Source: Armatimonadota bacterium | GTDB lineage: Bacteria > Armatimonadota > SYMT01 | Reading direction: 5' to 3' | Assembly: GCA_046292385.1 (NCBI GenBank) | Contig: JBKBRF010000003.1 | Location: 178,231-242,230 of the forward strand | Length of the DNA stretch: 64,000 nucleotides | In this document: positions 8,842-18,237 of the stretch, piece by piece | Position numbering within the stretch: position 1 is the stretch's first letter | How the letters are laid out: the number at the start of each line of letters is the position of its first letter | Translations under genes and position numbers: made by a program | The notes under the pieces: model-generated | What the model saw: only the letters and a program-made list of their open reading frames with translations | What the model was told of the DNA's origin: nothing | The model's database searches: none

Positions 8842-9618
8842 GTGCTCCCGATCGCCGCCCCCGGCCCGCTCTCCCCGCTCGAGCGCTTTCTCTTCGACGT
8901 GACCGGATTCCTCGTCATCCCCGGCGCGCTCACCTCCGAGGAGGTGACGGCGTGCCTGGGAGCGGCGGAGCGCGCGCACGCCGCCCACCCGCCGGAGGAG
9001 TGGAGCCAGCTCGGCGCGCTCTACGAGCGGGAGCCGGCGGTCGAGCCCCTGATCGACCATCCCTCCGTGCTCCCGAAGGTCCGCGCGCTGCTGGGCGACC
9101 ACTTCATCCTGCAGAGCAGCTGGTGCACCCGCTCGCCCGCGCACTTTCCCGGCCAGCGGTTCCATCAGGACGGCTCCAGCGTCTACGAGTTCCGCCGCCT
9201 CGGCACCCCCGTGCCGCTGCTGCAGCTCCGGATCGGCTTCTTCCTGACCGACCAGTCGCGGCCCGACATGGGGAACATGGTGCTCGTTCCCGGCAGCCAC
9301 AATGCCTCCGAGCCGCTGCCGCCGGGCACGCAGCCGGAGGAGCTCCCCATCGCCCAGGTGATCTGCGGCCGGCCCGGCACCGCGCTGCTGTTCCACCAGG
9401 GCGTCTGGCACTGCGGCACCCGCAACGCGATGGACTTCCCCCGCTACATCCAGCACATGGTCTACGCCCCGCCCTGGCTGGTCCCGTCCGACCGCCGCGG
9501 CAACGATTCGGAGTTCCTCGCACGCACCACGCCGCTCCGGCGCGCCCTCCTGGGGGAGTGGAATCGCCCGGAGGAGCCGTTCGGGATCGGCTACCCGCCT
9601 CCGCCTTTCGACGACTGA
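8842..9618 (+). CDS. phytanoyl-CoA dioxygenase (PhyH) family protein
   Basis: FDVTGFLVIPGAL, HQD, VPGSH and WH facial-triad pattern. Confidence 0.88.
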   Translation: MLPIAAPGPLSPLERFLFDVTGFLVIPGALTSEEVTACLGAAERAHAAHPPEEWSQLGALYEREPAVEPLIDHPSVLPKVRALLGDHFILQSSWCTRSPAHFPGQRFHQDGSSVYEFRRLGTPVPLLQLRIGFFLTDQSRPDMGNMVLVPGSHNASEPLPPGTQPEELPIAQVICGRPGTALLFHQGVWHCGTRNAMDFPRYIQHMVYAPPWLVPSDRRGNDSEFLARTTPLRRALLGEWNRPEEPFGIGYPPPPFDD

Positions 9619-9672
9619 AGGAGCGGGTGTGGTAAGACTGTCTCGACTTGAGCTCGACCAGGAGGAGGCAGC

Positions 9673-10656
9673 GTGGAGAAGCGGTCGTTCGGGAAGACAG
9701 GCGTACAGCTCGGCGAGGTGGGCCTCGGCTGTTGGCAGATCGGCGGGAGCTGGGGCGAGGTGCCGGAGGAGCAGGCGCTGGAGATCCTCCGCACCGCCGT
9801 GGAGAGCGGCGTCGACTTCTTCGACACCGCGGACGTCTACGGCGACGGCCGCAGCGAGCGGCTGATCGGCCGCTTCCTGAAGGAGACCCGCGCGGAGGTC
9901 TTCGTCGCCACCAAGCTCGGCCGCGGCTCCGACCCCGGCTGGCCGGCGAACTTCACGCTGGAGGCGATGCGCGCGCACACCGAGGCCTCGCTGCGCCGCC
10001 TCGACGTGGAGGCGCTCGACCTGACCCAGCTCCACTGCATCCCCACGGAAGAGCTGCGCCGCGGCGACGTGTTCGGCCACCTCCGCACCCTGCAGTCGGA
10101 AGGCAAGATCCGGCGCTGGGGCGCGAGCGTGGAGTCGATGGACGAGGCGCTCCTCTGCCTGGAGCAGGAGGGCCTTACCTCGCTGCAGATCATCTTCAAC
10201 ATCTTCCGGCAGAAGCCGATCCGCACGCTCTTCGACCGCGCCAGAGAGCAGGGCGTGGCGCTGATCGTCCGCCTCCCGCTCGCCAGCGGGCTCTTGAGCG
10301 GCAAGTTCACGGCGGAGACCCGCTTCCCGGAGGAAGACCACCGGAACTTCAACCGGGACGGGCAGGCGTTCAACGTCGGCGAGACGTTCGCCGGACTGCC
10401 GTTCGGAGAGGGCGTGCACCTGGCGAACCGGATCAAGCCGCTGGTGCCGGAAGGGATGACGATGGCCCAGATGGCGCTGCGCTGGTGCCTCGATTGGGGC
10501 GCGGTGAGCGTGGTCATCCCCGGCGCCAGGAGCCCGGAGCAGGCGCGCGCCAACTCTGCCGCCGCGGACTTCCCGCCGCTCTCGCCGGAGATCCACGCGG
10601 CGCTGAAGAAGCTCTACGAGGAAGAGGTGTCCCCTCGGATCCGGGGACCGTACTGA
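9673..10656 (+). CDS. aldo/keto reductase
   Basis: GLGCWQIGG, FDTADVYGDG, VATK, QLH, PLASGLLSGK. Confidence 0.93.
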   Translation: MEKRSFGKTGVQLGEVGLGCWQIGGSWGEVPEEQALEILRTAVESGVDFFDTADVYGDGRSERLIGRFLKETRAEVFVATKLGRGSDPGWPANFTLEAMRAHTEASLRRLDVEALDLTQLHCIPTEELRRGDVFGHLRTLQSEGKIRRWGASVESMDEALLCLEQEGLTSLQIIFNIFRQKPIRTLFDRAREQGVALIVRLPLASGLLSGKFTAETRFPEEDHRNFNRDGQAFNVGETFAGLPFGEGVHLANRIKPLVPEGMTMAQMALRWCLDWGAVSVVIPGARSPEQARANSAAADFPPLSPEIHAALKKLYEEEVSPRIRGPY

Positions 10657-10705
10657 GGCGATCGAATACTCCTATACTCAGTTAAGACCTGGGGAGGGCG
10701 CGCAG

Positions 10706-10966
10706 ATGGCGGAACCGATTGAATTGACCGAGCAAGAGCGGGAGCAATTCGAGAGAAAGATCGCGCGTCTGCGCGCCACTCCCGAGGAACGCGCGAAGAT
10801 CCTCGCGGGAGGCGAGCCGTTCGACCTCGATGCGTGGCTTCGAGAAGTCGGACCGGCCAGGCCTGACGAGTTGGAAGAGATGGAGGAGCTCTTGCGGGAG
10901 CGCGCTGAGGAGCGCCGCCGTGGTCTGACTGCGGAGGACGAGCAGCTCGCCGGCCGGACCCGATGA
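10706..10966 (+). CDS. putative antitoxin
   Basis: small acidic protein overlapping the downstream PIN gene (ATGA). Confidence 0.7.
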   Translation: MAEPIELTEQEREQFERKIARLRATPEERAKILAGGEPFDLDAWLREVGPARPDELEEMEELLRERAEERRRGLTAEDEQLAGRTR

Positions 10967-11412
10967 GCCCTCGTCCGGAGAGCCCTGCCGCGTCCACCTC
11001 TGTGGTGGTGGATACCGACGTAGCTTCCTTTCTCTTCAACCGTTACCCGGTGCGGACCCCGCGTTACGCTCCTCATCTTCAGGGACGCACGCTGATCTTT
11101 CCCTTTGCGGTGGTAGGCGAGATGCTGTTCGGCGCCGAGCACCGAAACTGGGGCGCCGCGCGGCGGCTGGAGCTGGAGCGCTTCATCCGGCGCGGTAAGA
11201 TCGAGTACCCGAACTATCCGCTCTGCGAGATCGGGGCAGAGATCCGGGTCATCGCTCGCAAACGCGGGTGGGCAATCGAGCGTCAGGACGCGTGGGTGGC
11301 GGCGACTGCCATCTACCTGGACCTGCCACTGGTGACCCACAATGCTCCGGACTACGCAGGGGTGCCGACTCTGCAAGTCATCACGGAACCGGATCGCCAG
11401 GCGGAAAGGTGA
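10963..11412 (+). CDS. PIN domain (VapC-like) toxin
   Basis: VVVDTDVAS, GEM, QDAWVAATA, LVTHN acidic PIN motifs. Confidence 0.9.
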   Translation: MSPRPESPAASTSVVVDTDVASFLFNRYPVRTPRYAPHLQGRTLIFPFAVVGEMLFGAEHRNWGAARRLELERFIRRGKIEYPNYPLCEIGAEIRVIARKRGWAIERQDAWVAATAIYLDLPLVTHNAPDYAGVPTLQVITEPDRQAER

Positions 11413-11458
11413 TCCGGCGCGTCGGCGAGAGCTCATTCAGCAGGGGTTAGCCAGGGTC

Positions 11459-11700
11459 TCAGGGCCGCGTCCGCAGGTGTTCGTCGATCATCCTCTCGGC
11501 TTCCTGTAAGAGTCGGTAGATCGAGAGAGCCGCCTCGTAGCGAGGCAGCGACCGACCGGCCCGGAAGATGCCGTCGGGATAGCCCGTCAGGATGCCGCGC
11601 TTTGTGAGCTGGCAAATCGCATCGACGAACCCGCGTGCCTGCGGCTCGTCTGCGTAAGGCCCGCCCTGCGCCGCTACCAGCGTTTCACCGGCTGGTGCGG
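11459..11700 (-). pseudogene. S-layer homology (SLH) domain fragment
   Basis: GILTGYPDGIF..LPRYEAA degenerate SLH motif; no credible start because the 5' side runs into the duplicated AKR tail. Confidence 0.65.
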
Positions 11701-11707
11701 GCGAGAT

Positions 11708-11829
11708 CGGAGCAGGGCGCGCGCCAACTCCGCCGCCGCGGACTTTCCGTCGCTCTCGCCGGAGATCCACGCGGCGCTGCGGAAGCTCTACGAGGAAGAG
11801 GTCTCCCCCGGATCCGCGGGCCGTACTGA
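11708..11829 (+). repeat. degenerate direct copy of AKR 3' end (10535-10656)
   Basis: 122-nt repeat ending CCGTACTGA; mostly synonymous differences plus a +1 and a -1 indel. Confidence 0.9.
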
Positions 11830-11859
11830 TCCTCGCCCGCAAGCACAGTCTGCATTCGG

Positions 11860-12100
11860 ACGCCGGGCCCTGAAGGACCCGGCTGTCTCATTCTGAAAGC
11901 ACCCTGAAGGTTCGCTAACCAGCGTGGTGGCTTGGCTGGTATCCGTGCGGCCGCGAGGCACTGAAGTACCTCGCTGGTCGGCCTTCGGCCAAGCGTCCTC
12001 CGGACGCCGGAACCAGGCCCTGCTGAGTCCCCGGATGGGGTCGCCCGTCCAGGGGGTAAAACCTCGTGCCGTGCTTGTCGCGGTTTCAACCGCCCGGTGG
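11860..12100. repeat. cluster of REP-like short palindromes
   Basis: GGGCCCTGAAGGACCC, GCACCCTGAAGGTTCGC, GCGGTTTCAACCGC. Confidence 0.45.
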
Positions 12101-12118
12101 CTGCGTGCGAGTCCCTCT

Positions 12119-13738
12119 TTATCCAATGAACCGGTTCAGCACGTTCCGGGTGAGGCGGCTGACGGCGGGGTCGACCAGCAGGCTGGCGACGTAGGTGATG
12201 GAGCCGACCGAGAAGACGGCGCCCTCGCCCGGCTCGTGGTAGACGATCTCTGCCCCGCCCTCCTCCGGGTTGAGGCCGCGGGCCAGCAGGCGGGTGCCGG
12301 GGGGCGAGTGGGGGCTGCGCTTGTCGGTCTCGTGGCCGGAGGCGCCGCCGTGACAGCGCTCGTGGAGCGACCGCTCCCCGAAGAGGTCCCCGTTCTGCAG
12401 CCCGGTGCCGTCGTAGCTCCAGTGCGAGGCGTCGGTGACGCGGTACGGCGCGGCGGTCATGATGCCGGCGTCGGTGCAGACCACGCCGAGCAGGGAGGCC
12501 TCCGATTCCAGAGTCCGGTGGAGCCGGCTCTCCCACACGCGGCTCGGGTCGTCCGGGTCGGCCATCGAGAGCGCGCCGCCCCCGCTCACGAGTTGGCTGC
12601 GGCAGCGCATGGTGTCGCCCTCCAGCTCCACCTCGCAGTTGAGGCCGTTCCCGCCGAGGTAGAGCAGCCGTCCGCCCCGCTCGAAGACCCACTCCTTCAC
12701 GCGGGTGTACATCCGGCGCGACCAGTACTCCGGATGGACCGAGAGGATCAGCACGCGGTAGGCGTCGAGGTCGAGCGTGCCGTCGTGGAGCTGGCTCTCC
12801 GAATAGTAGTCGTAGCCGAAGCCTTCCAGCTCCAGCCAGCCGAGCAACCGCCACTCGGCGGGGGCGAGGTGACAGCCGGAGCGGCCGCGGATCGGGTCGG
12901 TCACCTCGCAGTCGCGCGGGACGTGGTTGCACGGCTCGGGGCGGTCGAACGAGAGCGGCGCGTACGCTTCGTCCGGAAACTGCCACTCGTTGAAAGAGCC
13001 GCCGCCGTAGCGCACCAGGTCCTGCCGCGCGTTGACGGTCGGCTCCGGCGGCAGGCCGGTCGCGTTGACGTAGTTGCTGCGGCCGCCGAACGAGTTGTAG
13101 GCGTTCCAGGTGTTGGTGGAGGCGAGGACCGCCACCGGGGCGGACGGGGCGGCCGGCGCCACCACCCACGGAAAGCTGAAGAAGTCGCCGTTCTCCGTCT
13201 CCGCGTGGAAGTAGTAGAGACCCGACCGCTCCGGGGCGGTCGCCAACTGCGTGTGGTGGGGACTGGAGTAGCCGACCCGGTTCCAGCCGACCCCGTCGCG
13301 GGTGTAGTCGCCGTCCGGGGTGATCTGCATCGTCGCGCCCGGCCCGTGCTCGTCGAACCACCCCAGCAGCCGCACCTCTTCCTTGCGCAGGCCGTAGCGC
13401 CAGAGGCTGAGCCGGTACGGCTCCACGGCGTGCACCCGGAACTCCCCCCGCTCGCCGGCGCGCGCCCACTTCGGCCACACGTAGCCGAGCAGCCCGTCGC
13501 GGAGCAGCCGGAACTGGTGGGGCGGACCGTCGCCAAGCCGCACCGGCACGCGCTTGGAGCCGAAGCCTGGCTTCGCGAGGGTCACCCGGTACTCGCCGGG
13601 AGGGAGGTCGGCGTAGACCCCACCCCGCGCCGTCGAACGGACCACCACCGGCAGCTCCGCGTCCCGCTGCCACTCCAGCAGCACGTCCGGCACCGCCACG
13701 TACCGCTCGTCGCTGACGAATCCCACCAGCCGCTCCAT
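12119..13738 (-). CDS. N,N-dimethylformamidase beta-subunit family protein with N-terminal carboxypeptidase-regulatory-like domain
   Basis: STNTWNAYNSFGG, PLSFDRP, HPEYWS, LYLGGN, VFSVGSI. Confidence 0.8.
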   Translation of the reverse strand: MERLVGFVSDERYVAVPDVLLEWQRDAELPVVVRSTARGGVYADLPPGEYRVTLAKPGFGSKRVPVRLGDGPPHQFRLLRDGLLGYVWPKWARAGERGEFRVHAVEPYRLSLWRYGLRKEEVRLLGWFDEHGPGATMQITPDGDYTRDGVGWNRVGYSSPHHTQLATAPERSGLYYFHAETENGDFFSFPWVVAPAAPSAPVAVLASTNTWNAYNSFGGRSNYVNATGLPPEPTVNARQDLVRYGGGSFNEWQFPDEAYAPLSFDRPEPCNHVPRDCEVTDPIRGRSGCHLAPAEWRLLGWLELEGFGYDYYSESQLHDGTLDLDAYRVLILSVHPEYWSRRMYTRVKEWVFERGGRLLYLGGNGLNCEVELEGDTMRCRSQLVSGGGALSMADPDDPSRVWESRLHRTLESEASLLGVVCTDAGIMTAAPYRVTDASHWSYDGTGLQNGDLFGERSLHERCHGGASGHETDKRSPHSPPGTRLLARGLNPEEGGAEIVYHEPGEGAVFSVGSITYVASLLVDPAVSRLTRNVLNRFIG

Positions 13739-13758
13739 ACTCACCCCCGAATGGCTGC

Positions 13759-13990
13759 TCCGAACTGAACGCGAAGGCGCGAAGGTTACGCGAAGGACGC
13801 GAAGGGAAGGTCTGGTTGTCGCCAGCCCGCGCGCGAGTGAACTCGTCGCTACATAGGGCGAAGCCCGGCCCCCATACGGGGGCTATACCTCCGCGGGCTC
13901 CGGACACCGTAACCGGAGGAGCCCCGGCTATTCCCTTCAGGTTCCCTTCGCGTCCTTCGCGAGACTTCGCGTCTTCGCGTTCAGTTCGGA
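13759..13990. repeat. MITE-like element with ~50-bp inverted arms of CGCGAAGG units
   Basis: TCCGAACTGAACGCGAAGG... / ...CTTCGCGTTCAGTTCGGA. Confidence 0.8.
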
Positions 13991-14050
13991 ATCCCCGTCT
14001 GGTTCCCTTCACCGCGAGGCGTCGAGCCTTCAAGCGGAGAACTGTTCCGC

Positions 14051-14461
14051 GTGAGTAGTCGACGCACGGAGCGAGAGCCGCTGCCCCCCGGGGAGTTGGA
14101 GGCGGCGGTGGAGCGGTGGGCGGAGCTGTTCAACCGCGAAGAGTACTTCGAGGCGCACGAGGTGCTGGAAGGGTGCTGGATGCACGCGCGGGAGCCGGAG
14201 AAGACGGTGCTGAAGGGGCTGATCCAGGCCGCCGTCGCGCTCTGCCATTACCAGCGCGGCAACGGCCACGGCGCGCGGGTGAAGTCGGCCTCCGCGCTGC
14301 GCTATCTGGGCGGGAGCGACTCCGCGTTCGGGCTCGACCTGGCCGACCTCCGCAGCGCCCTGGAGCGCTTCTTCCAGCCGCTCTGGAATCTCCCGCCCGG
14401 CTCCAGGCCCCCTCCCGCGGGGGAGTGGCCCCGCGTTTCCCGCTCAATGCAGGGGCGGTGA
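14051..14461 (+). CDS. DUF309 domain protein
   Basis: FN.EEYFEAHEVLE..W, KGLIQAAVA..H. Confidence 0.88.
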   Translation: MSSRRTEREPLPPGELEAAVERWAELFNREEYFEAHEVLEGCWMHAREPEKTVLKGLIQAAVALCHYQRGNGHGARVKSASALRYLGGSDSAFGLDLADLRSALERFFQPLWNLPPGSRPPPAGEWPRVSRSMQGR

Positions 14462-14496
14462 CGGACAAACGCTTTCTCTCGTAGAGTCAGGTGGAG

Positions 14497-14537
14497 TTGC
14501 CATGTCCGGAGACACCGGATATACTCCCCCAGGGTAT
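14497..14537 (+). promoter_or_regulatory. sigma70 promoter with overlapping CsoR-type operator
   Basis: TTGCCA(14497)-N17-TATACT(14520); ATACTCCCCCAGGGTAT 14521-14537 matches the cop operators. Confidence 0.8.
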
Positions 14538-14568
14538 GCGCCCCAGGGTGCTCCCGGACGACACTATC

Positions 14569-15024
14569 GTGAACGCACTCCGACAGAACCGGCTCCGCAC
14601 CGCGGTGATGCTGCTGCTGGTCATGGTCTTCTCCATGGCCGGGATGCCGGCGTTCGCCGCGTGTGCCGGGATGCCGGCGACCGGCGCACCCGCCGCGGCT
14701 GCAGCGCAGCCGAAGGAGGCGGGGTGCCATGAGATGGGGGAGAAGCCGTGCTGCTGCGGCCCTTCCCAATCGACCGACGCGGAGTCACCCTCGCTGGGGA
14801 GCGGGTCGTGCGGCTGCGAGCTGCAGGCACCCCTAGCCCCGGCGCCGGCGGAGCCCAAGACCCTTTCGACGGTCTCCGTCGTCGCCGCAGTCACTCCCCC
14901 CGTCGTCTTCGCGCTGACCGCCCCCGCGGAGCGCGCCGCCCTCTTCCCGGATGACTCCGGGATCCCCCGCGACGCCTGTCGCGCCTCCTCTCCTTCTCGC
15001 GCGCCACCGGCAAGCGAGCGCTAG
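14569..15024 (+). CDS. exported Cys-rich leader protein with C-terminal RAPP motif (DUF2946/CruR/CutF-like)
   Basis: GTG start (uncertain), signal peptide, CHEM..PCCC..SCGC, Pro-rich linker, SRAPP four residues before the stop. Confidence 0.75.
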   Translation: MNALRQNRLRTAVMLLLVMVFSMAGMPAFAACAGMPATGAPAAAAAQPKEAGCHEMGEKPCCCGPSQSTDAESPSLGSGSCGCELQAPLAPAPAEPKTLSTVSVVAAVTPPVVFALTAPAERAALFPDDSGIPRDACRASSPSRAPPASER

Positions 15025-15053
15025 CCAGCCTGTCCGCGCGCCTCTGGCGCGTC

Positions 15054-15158
15054 GTTGGCAGGTTGCAGGTTAGCAGGTTTACAGGTTCCGCTTCGCCCGA
15101 TGCGGGCACCCAGCGCAGCCGTCCCAACCTGCAACTTGCAAACCTGCCAACCTGTAAC
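15054..15158. repeat. inverted repeat built of CAGGTT/AACCTG short tandem units
   Basis: GTTGGCAGGTTGCAGGTTAGCAGGTT... / ...AACCTGCAACTTGCAAACCTGCCAACC; second copy at 34851. Confidence 0.8.
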
Positions 15159-15251
15159 AGGCGCTGTGACCCACGCTCGCGTCCCGCCATCGCGGGGCAG
15201 CTATCGGTCCCCCTGGCAGTCCTCGGTGACTGCCGGCGAAGGAGATCTCTG

Positions 15252-15758
15252 ATGAACCGGTTTTCTCGCATGACCCGCCGCATGGTGCTGGCGGGAGCTC
15301 TCGCGGCCACGGCCGCGCTGGGAGGCGCCGCGCTCTCCCCGGCCCTCGCCCACGAGGCGAAGTGCCCCGTCTGCAAGCTCGACGTGGTCCAGGACACGGA
15401 CAAGCTCGATAACGAGGTCGCGCTGAAGAGCGGACGCAAGCGCATCGAGTACCGCTGCGTCTACTGTGCCCTGCAGGACGCCAAGAGCTACCCGGGAGAC
15501 ATCACCGTTCTCGCCCCCTCGGAGCTGAAGGGCAAGCCGGTCACGCTGACCCGCAAGGAAGGCAAGTGGACCGCTTCACCCGAGACCGCGGTGTTCGTCG
15601 GCCACAAGGTGAACCACCGGCAGTGCGAGCTCGGCTACCGGGCGCTGACGACGAAGGAGGCGTTCCCCAAGTGGGTGCAGGCGAACCAGGCGCTGCTGAA
15701 AGACGCCAAGCCGCTGACGCTGGCGGAGCTGCTGGAGCTGGCGAGCCCTGCGAAGTAG
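15252..15758 (+). CDS. Tat-exported Cys-rich metal-binding protein (NosL-like)
   Basis: TRRMVL signal, ALA|H cleavage, CPVC, RCVYC, HRQC. Confidence 0.72.
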   Translation: MNRFSRMTRRMVLAGALAATAALGGAALSPALAHEAKCPVCKLDVVQDTDKLDNEVALKSGRKRIEYRCVYCALQDAKSYPGDITVLAPSELKGKPVTLTRKEGKWTASPETAVFVGHKVNHRQCELGYRALTTKEAFPKWVQANQALLKDAKPLTLAELLELASPAK

Positions 15759-15820
15759 GCGGACGCGCTGCGGCTGCCCTTCCGGAGTGAAGGGCAGCCG
15801 TCGCTCCCGAGGGAGAGACG

Positions 15821-17416
15821 ATGTTACGAACGCTGTCCACCATCGGCACCCTGACGCTCGCCCTGGGCCTCGCGGCGACGGCGAGCTATGCCCAGGGGCC
15901 GGACGCTCACGGCGACCACCACCCGGCGCCTGCCGCCGGCGCGTCGCGAGAGCTGCCGCGGCTGCCGGAGAACCTGCCGCGCTGGCTCGACAACACGAAG
16001 AAGAACCACATCTTTTACAAGCGGGGCAAGTACAACTTCGACGTCTACAACATCCCGGCGCTGGCGCGGGACCTCAACGCCGTCTCCGTGGGTCACGCCC
16101 TTGCCTACGAGGACCTCGTCACCGGCAAGGCGGCGGGCCTGGAGAGCAAGACGTTCGCGCGGATCGACCGCGTGCTCAAGAAGCCGCCGAAGTTCATGCC
16201 GGACGAAGCGGCCCTCTCGCCCACGTTCGGCCGGCGCTACGGCGTGATCGAGCAGGTCTTCGACTGGACCCACATCCTGCACAACCAGACGGTCGACGTG
16301 CTCGCCAGCAAGAAGCTGTCGGAGGCGGAGAAGGACCGGGAGATCGAGCGGCTCTGGAAGTACTACTTCGAGTCGGTGCCGTACGCCATTACGCCGCTGC
16401 CGATGAACATGGACTTCCTGTACAGCCTGCCGTACAGCCGGAAGTTCCGGAACACCTATCCGAAGGTGAACGGCCTCTTCTGGGGCTATCACTGGCTGCA
16501 GAGCGTGATGTACGACATGCTCTACCGCGCTTCCCCGGAAGACCAGCGGGCGGCCTACGCGCTGATCGGCGAGCAGTATCACCGGACGGAGCTGTACCGC
16601 ACCGACCGGCCGTTCATGCCGATGTTCGGGGAGCTGAGCCCCAACTTCGCGACGCGGTTCCCGCACATCGCGAACGCTTTCGACAACCTGCACATGCTCC
16701 ACGACATGCTCAACGACATCCTCGCCACGGAGTGGATGACGGAGAAGCAGAAGGAGGAGCAGGTGAAGCTGGCGATCTGGATGGTCTCCGCCGAAGCGCA
16801 CCGGGGCGAGCAGCCGACGCCGAAGGGGCAGCCGGAGCCCTCTGACCGGCTCCACGACCACCGGCACTTCGACGGCATGCCCGGCATGGGGATGATGACC
16901 GGCATGACCCCGGAGCTGATGTGGATGCCGGCGATGGGCTGGATGAGCATGGCAGACTGCCACCACTGCTCCATGCCGCTCTGGGAGGGGGACGACGCGT
17001 GGCGGAACGCCACCGTGACGGCAGACGGGTGGTCGATGCGGGTCCGCTGTGCCCTCTGCGCGCGCGACATGTCCGCGGAGACCAAGGGCCGCGCGCTGCT
17101 GCGGATCCCGACCGAAGACCCGTACCGGGTGGTGGTGGTCCTCTCCGACGAGCAGGGGTACCTGAAGACCTCCACTCCGGGAGTCGTCTTCCTGGAGAGC
17201 GAAGGCAGCCACGCGGGATGCGACGAGTGGTCGCGCGCGTTCAGCTCCCGGGCCGCCTTCGAAGCCTACGTGCGGGCGAACCCCAGGCTCGCCGGGGCGA
17301 AGGCGCTGAGCTTCGACGAGTGGGCGAAGCTGCAAGGCCGGAAGCCGGATACCTACGTCAAGCCGAAGGGACCGGTGGAGAATCCCTACCAGTCCCCCGG
17401 CGCGCCGGACAACTAG
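15821..17416 (+). CDS. exported His/Met/Cys-rich multidomain protein with C-terminal NosL-like domain
   Basis: signal peptide, HGDHH, YHWLQ, DNLHMLHD, Met-rich linker, CHHC/RCALC/HAGC. Confidence 0.8.
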   Translation: MLRTLSTIGTLTLALGLAATASYAQGPDAHGDHHPAPAAGASRELPRLPENLPRWLDNTKKNHIFYKRGKYNFDVYNIPALARDLNAVSVGHALAYEDLVTGKAAGLESKTFARIDRVLKKPPKFMPDEAALSPTFGRRYGVIEQVFDWTHILHNQTVDVLASKKLSEAEKDREIERLWKYYFESVPYAITPLPMNMDFLYSLPYSRKFRNTYPKVNGLFWGYHWLQSVMYDMLYRASPEDQRAAYALIGEQYHRTELYRTDRPFMPMFGELSPNFATRFPHIANAFDNLHMLHDMLNDILATEWMTEKQKEEQVKLAIWMVSAEAHRGEQPTPKGQPEPSDRLHDHRHFDGMPGMGMMTGMTPELMWMPAMGWMSMADCHHCSMPLWEGDDAWRNATVTADGWSMRVRCALCARDMSAETKGRALLRIPTEDPYRVVVVLSDEQGYLKTSTPGVVFLESEGSHAGCDEWSRAFSSRAAFEAYVRANPRLAGAKALSFDEWAKLQGRKPDTYVKPKGPVENPYQSPGAPDN

Positions 17417-17441
17417 GCCGATGCAACTCAAGGAGATCCAG

Positions 17442-18218
17442 GTGAAAACGTTCCGCATCCTGGCGCCGCTGGCCTTACTGCTTCTGGCCGGCCCCGCCCA
17501 CGCCGTGGACCACAACAACATCGACGCGCACCGGCCGCTGTCGTTCGACGACGCCGACGCGCTCGCTTTCCGGGAGCAGGCGCTGGAATTCGGGCTCGGC
17601 CTCGGCTGGCCCCGGCGGCGCCCGCTCGGGCTGGGACTGGAGGCCGAGTATCTCTACGGCTTCCGCATGAACAGCCACCTGAGCGTCGGCTTCGAGCCCT
17701 CCGTCGGGGGCCGGGCCGGCAGCGAGAGCCCCGCCTTCGACTTCGGCGACGTGTCGCTGGGCCTGTTCCACAACTTCAACCGGGAACACGGGAACACCCC
17801 GGCGTTCTCCCTCCGGGGCGACGTCTTCTTCCCGACCGGCCGCGACTCCCGGGGAGTGGCGGGCCGCCTGCGCGGGATCATGAGCAAGCAGGCCGGCCAG
17901 TACGGGCGGCTGCACGTGAACGTCGATTTGAACGCCCACCCGGACGCCCCGCGCGGGGAGCGGCAGTTCACCCCGGGACTCGTGCTCGGCTACACCCGCC
18001 CGCTCGGCTACCCGACGAAGTTCGACACCACCGGGCTGGCGGAGCTCTCCGTCCGTGCCGGCGATGAGCGCGGCAGCGGCGCGCTGGTCGGCATCGGCCT
18101 CGGCATCCGCAAACAGGTCGGGGTGCGCTCCGTGATGGACCTGGGCGTCCAATCCGACCTGACCGGCGCCTCGCGGGACCGCTTCCGCGTGGTGGCCGGC
18201 TACTCTTACGGCTTCTGA
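17442..18218 (+). CDS. putative outer-membrane beta-barrel protein
   Basis: GTG with AGGAG SD, AHA signal cleavage, amphipathic strands, C-terminal YSYGF. Confidence 0.72.
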   Translation: MKTFRILAPLALLLLAGPAHAVDHNNIDAHRPLSFDDADALAFREQALEFGLGLGWPRRRPLGLGLEAEYLYGFRMNSHLSVGFEPSVGGRAGSESPAFDFGDVSLGLFHNFNREHGNTPAFSLRGDVFFPTGRDSRGVAGRLRGIMSKQAGQYGRLHVNVDLNAHPDAPRGERQFTPGLVLGYTRPLGYPTKFDTTGLAELSVRAGDERGSGALVGIGLGIRKQVGVRSVMDLGVQSDLTGASRDRFRVVAGYSYGF

Positions 18219-18237
18219 CACTCGAGAGGAGCTCACG

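Noticed and set aside
7879..10596. 905-aa minus-strand ORF in the track
   Set aside because: Only the last 283 codons (from ATG 8730) are real; the rest is antisense shadow of the PhyH and AKR genes
11635..11829. 64-aa ORF ending RIRGPY as a gene
   Set aside because: Product of the frameshifted duplicate AKR tail
16958..16975. CHHC as a heme-binding site
   Set aside because: Followed by Ser rather than His, so not CxxCH
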